Notes under the pieces: generated by a model | The model's database searches: none | What the model saw: only the letters and a program-made list of their open reading frames with translations | What the model was told of the DNA's origin: nothing | Source of the DNA: Tubiluchus corallicola | Taxonomy: Eukaryota > Animalia > Priapulida | Reading direction: 5' to 3' | Length of the DNA: 64,000 bases | Assembly: GCA_030141605.1 (NCBI GenBank) | Contig: JAQGDQ010000459.1 | Coordinates: 90,809-154,808, forward strand | Translations under genes and position numbers: made by a program | Shown: one piece after another, positions 59,451 to 64,000 of the stretch | Layout: each line of letters starts with the position of its first letter | How positions within the stretch are numbered: the stretch's first letter is position 1

Positions 59451-59620
59451 CTCTCTCTCTCTATCTCAACACTCACTCTCTCTTTTTAAGTGAAAAATCA
59501 ATACGTACCAATAACATAATCATAACTTGCCAGAATTCCAGGAATGTTCTTAAGCCTAATATTCCAATAATAAGCCAGTCCTATCATCAACACAGCCACT
59601 GTGGTTACACTTCCCTTCAT
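51995..59620 (-). CDS. GMC oxidoreductase (FAD glucose/choline dehydrogenase-like), 11 coding exons, about 574 aa
   Basis: Exons 59509-59620, 58697-58905, 57787-57976, 57102-57230, 56663-56784, 55743-55910, 55063-55216, 54581-54708, 54217-54367, 52609-52828, 51995-52136, all phase-compatible. Motifs [92 protein letters not shown]-terminal hydrophobic segment. Confidence 0.93.
52350..52490. repeat. (TGAC)n-rich microsatellite; a purer array lies at 56137-56232
   Basis: Direct inspection. Confidence 0.9.
52890..53370. mobile_element. Kolobok-like family, copy 4 (GMC intron)
   Basis: Starts TTAA|AGCAACACTGAACC; homologous to the copies at 24.6, 42.9 and 45.6 kb. Confidence 0.55.
53468..54003. 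repeat. Triplicated unit of about 95 bp separated by (CAT)n tracts
   Basis: CTGCATCGCCATCCCAGTGTGCACCACTG..TTATTGA..CTTTTGC at about 53468, 53639 and 53903. A partial copy lies near 57400. Confidence 0.9.
54800..55050. repeat. (CAT)n-rich microsatellite (GMC intron)
   Basis: Direct inspection. Confidence 0.95.
56925..57148. repeat. 63-bp tandem repeat duplicating a GMC exon end and its splice donor
   Basis: (C/T)TTAC|(C/A)ATAGTGGCTTTTGCC with exon-end positions at 56976, 57039 and 57102. Confidence 0.92.
58185..59485. repeat. (CT)n and (CCAT)n tracts flanking GMC exon 2, with a local duplication (about 58950-59080 and 59225-59350)
   Basis: Direct inspection. Confidence 0.9.
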
Positions 59621-59977
59621 TGCAACGTTATTTATCTGGAAGTAAATCACATGTCATACTTGTTTTCACTGCTCTACAATTTTCACTACGGACCTTTCAC
59701 CAGCGGACACTAACCTTATCTATTTACTGGCTTTATTTACCGCCTTAAAAACAACTGGGCATGGTTTCCGCAGCTAGGCCAATGACTAGCGATATTGCTG
59801 TACCTGCGTGGGCCTGGGTGGGTTATCATTTTTAGTGATTGCCTGTTTAGCAGTCCGTCGCGGTACCATGACTCATTGTCTCAATCTTCGCCCTGCATAA
59901 TTCAAAGCTCTTGATTCTCAGCCATCATAATTTTGGCTTTTTGTCAAATATTTTTGATGTACATCTTTATTGACGTG

Positions 59978-60765
59978 TTGATTAGTTGACAAAGTTCCAG
60001 TTCAAAGATTTTGCAGGGTGTACACCACACGTGGTCAGTGTTGAAACAGCAAATGATTAGTTGACAAAGTTTAATTAAGTTCTAAGCTTTAGCAGGGTGT
60101 ACACCACACGTGGTCAGTGTTGACACAGCTGTTGATTAGTTGACAAAGTTCCAGTTCTAAGCTTTAGCAGGGTGTACACCAAACATAGTCAATGTTGAAA
60201 CAGCAGTTGATTAGTTGATAAAGTTCCAGTTCTAAGCTTTAGCAGGGTGTACACCACACGTGGTCAATGTTGAAACAGCAGTTGATTAGTTGATAAAGTT
60301 CCAGTTCTAAGCTTTAGCAGGGTGTACACCACACGTGGTCAGTATTGAAACAGCAGTTGATTAGTTGACAAAACTCCAGTTCTAAGCTTTAGCAGGGTGT
60401 ACACCACACGTGGTCAGTATTGAAACTGCAGTTGATTAGTTGACAAAACTCCAGTTCTAAGCATTGGCAGGGTGTACACCACACGTGGTCAGTATTGAAA
60501 CAGCAGTTGATAAGTTGACAAAACTCCAGTTCTAAGCTTTGGCGGGGTGTACACCATACGTGGTCAGTATTGAAACAGCAGTTCATTAGTTGACAAAACT
60601 CCAGTTCTACGCTTTAGCAGGGTATACACCACACATAGTCAGTGTTGAAACAGCAGTTGATTAGTTGACAAAACTCCAGTTCTAAGCTTTAACAGGGTGT
60701 ACACCACACGTGGTCAGTATTGAAACTGCAGTTGATTAGTTGACAAAATTCCAGGGTGTACACCA
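59978..60765. repeat. 75-bp tandem minisatellite (about 10.5 units) upstream of the GMC start codon
   Basis: GGTGTACACC (one variant GGTATACACC) recurs at 60171, 60246, 60321, 60396, 60471, 60546, 60621 and 60696. The unit contains CACGTG and AAGCTT. Confidence 0.96.
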
Positions 60766-63570
60766 GTTTTACAATGATTACATGATATCTTTACAAATTT
60801 GTCCTTTTAAGAGCACAAAAGAGTGTCATAAGTTACCAATGATACAACCCTTTTGTACCAACGCACAGTACAGCTTACATAAAACAAAAAAGGCGCCACT
60901 GCTAAGTAGTGTGTAACTAGTCGTTAAAAGACAAACATCCGTAGTACCACTTTCACTGTTTTGCTACATAGACGCCGGATCAGAAATAGCCCTGCCTACG
61001 GGAAACTAGAGAAAAATTTCTAGGTCAAAACAATTTTCTTGCTCGCAGCAAGTCGGCAGCTACAGTTTACCTTCGTTCGTCTCTACAACGTGTTTCGGGT
61101 CGTAGAGGTTAATTCAGATCGCCGCCGCTAGATGGCGCAATCGCTTTTTGCTCTGTCTATGAAATGTTCTTCATTTTTGCTAATTATACCGCGTGGCTTA
61201 TAGTCTTTTCTGGGGGTGGGGGAGTGGAGTAAAACAACAAATAATGGTATGGATTGACTTGTTACATGAAAGTACTACGCATGTATTAGTGAATTAGTCA
61301 TACCGTCAAATTTTAATGTGGAAATGTCGTGGGTTTCGCCAGCTCGTAATCCTGGTCAGTAGACCTAGATAGGTTTGAACAGTGAGTTGAAGAAGTCAAG
61401 ATCCCTCAACAAATTTCGTAAATGTCTCGCAAGCTTATCAGGGGCGGAACTAGGGGGGGCGCACCCCCTGCAAAATCGGACAAATAAATTTTTTGCAGTG
61501 AAAATTGCAGTTCGCATGTAATCATTTTCAATATGAATTAGAATTAGGTAAAAAAATGTTTGGTAGCTTCAGTGTGCGTGCAGACAAAACTCAGTGTGCA
61601 TAGAGGTGCCTATCACAGTGTAGGCCTACAGGTACCACACACAGTCACAGGCTCTACACACAGGCCAACAGGTCTGAGTGCACAGCTATAGGATGCTGGT
61701 GTAGCAGCGGTACCATGCTGAAATTTGAGACTTTTTGAAAACTTTAGACTTTTTTGTCCAAGGAAGTATCGTTCCACATTTCATTTTGACATTATTTCCT
61801 GCGTATTATTTTCTTAAAACTTGTGTGTGATAAATTTCTGTAAATAACAATTTAGTTAGAGGCACATTAATAACGTTAGGTTAACTGAGAGTTAATTCTC
61901 TCATTATTGCTCTCGCCGTCCTACACACATGCTAATTATAGGCCTGCATGCAGTATAAAAGGGGTTAAAATTGGCTTAACCATTATTTAAACACTTCGGA
62001 TACCTCGCCCTCCCAGAAAATTGTATGTATTATAACAGTGTATGTCATGTTCTTTGGCTTTTACGATTGTTTTTTTTTTACTTTTATTTCACAACGATGA
62101 TATAACTTTTTTCTTCGGTACATAAACGCCATCGTACGAAAAGTGCAATCTGTGGGCAAAATACTTGACTTGATTAACTGGTAATAAGGCCATTGTTATT
62201 TCAATAAATATATACATTAACTAATTATATACAGTTAACAAAGGCGAAAAATTACAAAAAAATATCAAATTCCATTCAATTCGTTTGAATGGGCGTGCGT
62301 TCGGTTTGTACATTGCTCTCCACTTTGACAGTCTTAAACACAATTTGAAACACAACATTGATGGTGTTGTACATATTAATGCTTATGTTGTTAATATTAT
62401 GCATTGTAATAAATTATTATGATAAAAAATTTAAATGATACGTACATATACTTGCATCCCTCAGATCTCGAAGGAAAAAACTATTCACGAAGATGTGTAT
62501 GAACCTATCTTAACACACTTATTTATTTAATTATTCATTCGCTTATTCACTGCCACACACATCAAACACAAACGCAAAAAAGAGGTTGCAATTATACAAG
62601 AACATCATAAAACCATTCAAGACAGTATTTTTGACGGACGTGTATAAGATGTTTAGATTATAGAGTATATATAATAAATTATCTAGCTGCTTGAATAAAC
62701 CTACTAGATATCAATGTATCAGCAAACTAACCTTAACAAACCAATAAACGTAGCTTCACATTATAGGGTTTACAAAAGCTATAGAAAAAAATACGGTGAG
62801 TTCCAAAGCCTAATAATATGGATCGCATAACGAATTAATGTTCATAGTCAGTGATCTTTGGACCTATTTAACAAATGGATGGGTGACAGTCAGAAAATTG
62901 TTGTTCTAAGCAGTCTTGAGATAAAGTAAGAAGTTTAAATAGCAAACATGATGTATGCAAAAACGAAAACAAGATACCAGTGTGGGATCCCCCATCGCAG
63001 CATCCTTCAAGATCCCACAATGACTTTCTTTTCCATCCTCCACCACACCTAAATTAATGAGCGCATAATTACACATTAATTGCTGTTAGAAAAGTATAAA
63101 CATTTCAGCGCGCAAAAACCACGCATAGGAAACTTAATACGAAAAACATTTTATGGGTTTTGGTGGGCGTGGTGGGTATGATGTTGGGGTGGTATAGTAA
63201 CGTGCTGTGTTTTTAGTCGTTTACAAACAAAATGCTTTACGTGGTCTGGCTCTTAAATTATTGAATAGTGATTATAACTTCATACAAAAAACGGTTTTAA
63301 CACAATAGGGCACACATACGGCAAGTTTAGCTTAAAGTAGTTTTTGCTTGTATTTTTTAGGGATCATGTGACGCGGATCTTCACATTTCAGTGAATCTGC
63401 GTTTTGCGGATGCGGACACGTCAGTTACGGACTTCGCAAGTTTGAATTTGTAAAATTAGGCTCAATAATATTAGGAATCAAATTAAAATTGAAACTAAAA
63501 GCTTCCTGTAGCAATTAGGGTATAATATATTATGAACAGCTAGGGTATATATATATATATATGTATAATT

Positions 63571-64000
63571 GGACGTTTTTGGACGTTTTTTGCAAAACTT
63601 GTACGTCTGAGATCTGGAGAACGGGACGGTCCATGGGTGGTGCTGGCTATGGATAGATAGCCCGTTCAGCGGTGGGTGTCATAGGCGTATTTAGAATTTG
63701 CGAGAGGGCCACGGCGTTCCGAACGGGCATTTTCCCGGACCCAACTCGCGATTTTTTCGAAATGTTGACCAAACAGCATGCGGGAAAAACGTTCTAGCGG
63801 CGCCTGGTGGGACTCTTGGAAGGAGGTATACGGGTCTTTAGAAAAGAGGAAGAACAGGGCTACACGATGATATAGGCTATATTTTAGGACACGTCCACCA
63901 AAAGGCCGTCCATTATACTCTGCCTATAACTTTAATTCAGTAAACGCTGTTGCTGGCTCTGCGTTAGGTAAGTAAGCAAACACTGGGTAGGATGTTTGCG
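63571..64000 (+). mobile_element. Partial copy of the Helitron family, running off the window end
   Basis: Matches internal sequence GGATAGATAGCCCGTTCAGCGGTGGGTG..TTCTAGCGGCGCCTGGTGGGACTC. Confidence 0.85.

Overview
AT-rich, repeat-dense animal genomic DNA with spliceosomal introns; the 5S-like sequence suggests an invertebrate, possibly lophotrochozoan (inference). I reconstructed three complete multi-exon genes by hand, all on the minus strand. Two are tandem paralogues of a secreted pentraxin/LamG-like protein (18942-26951 and 33383-42082, 7 coding exons each). The third is an 11-exon GMC oxidoreductase (51995-59620). There is also an orphan cytochrome P450 exon and a probably decayed gene at about 1.9-3.5 kb. 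The rest is mostly LINE fragments (four next to GA-rich tracts), tandem non-autonomous Helitrons, hAT/MULE/Kolobok-type MITEs, a 5S-headed SINE with an RTE-like body, Penelope-type relics with hammerhead motifs, minisatellites and microsatellites. The most interesting signal is the pentraxin pair. Both lack the canonical Ca2+-binding loop and carry a cationic N-terminal helix and a Pro/Arg/His-rich tail resembling antimicrobial peptides. One exon differs at 16 of 45 residues with only one purely synonymous codon change, beside a near-identical intron.
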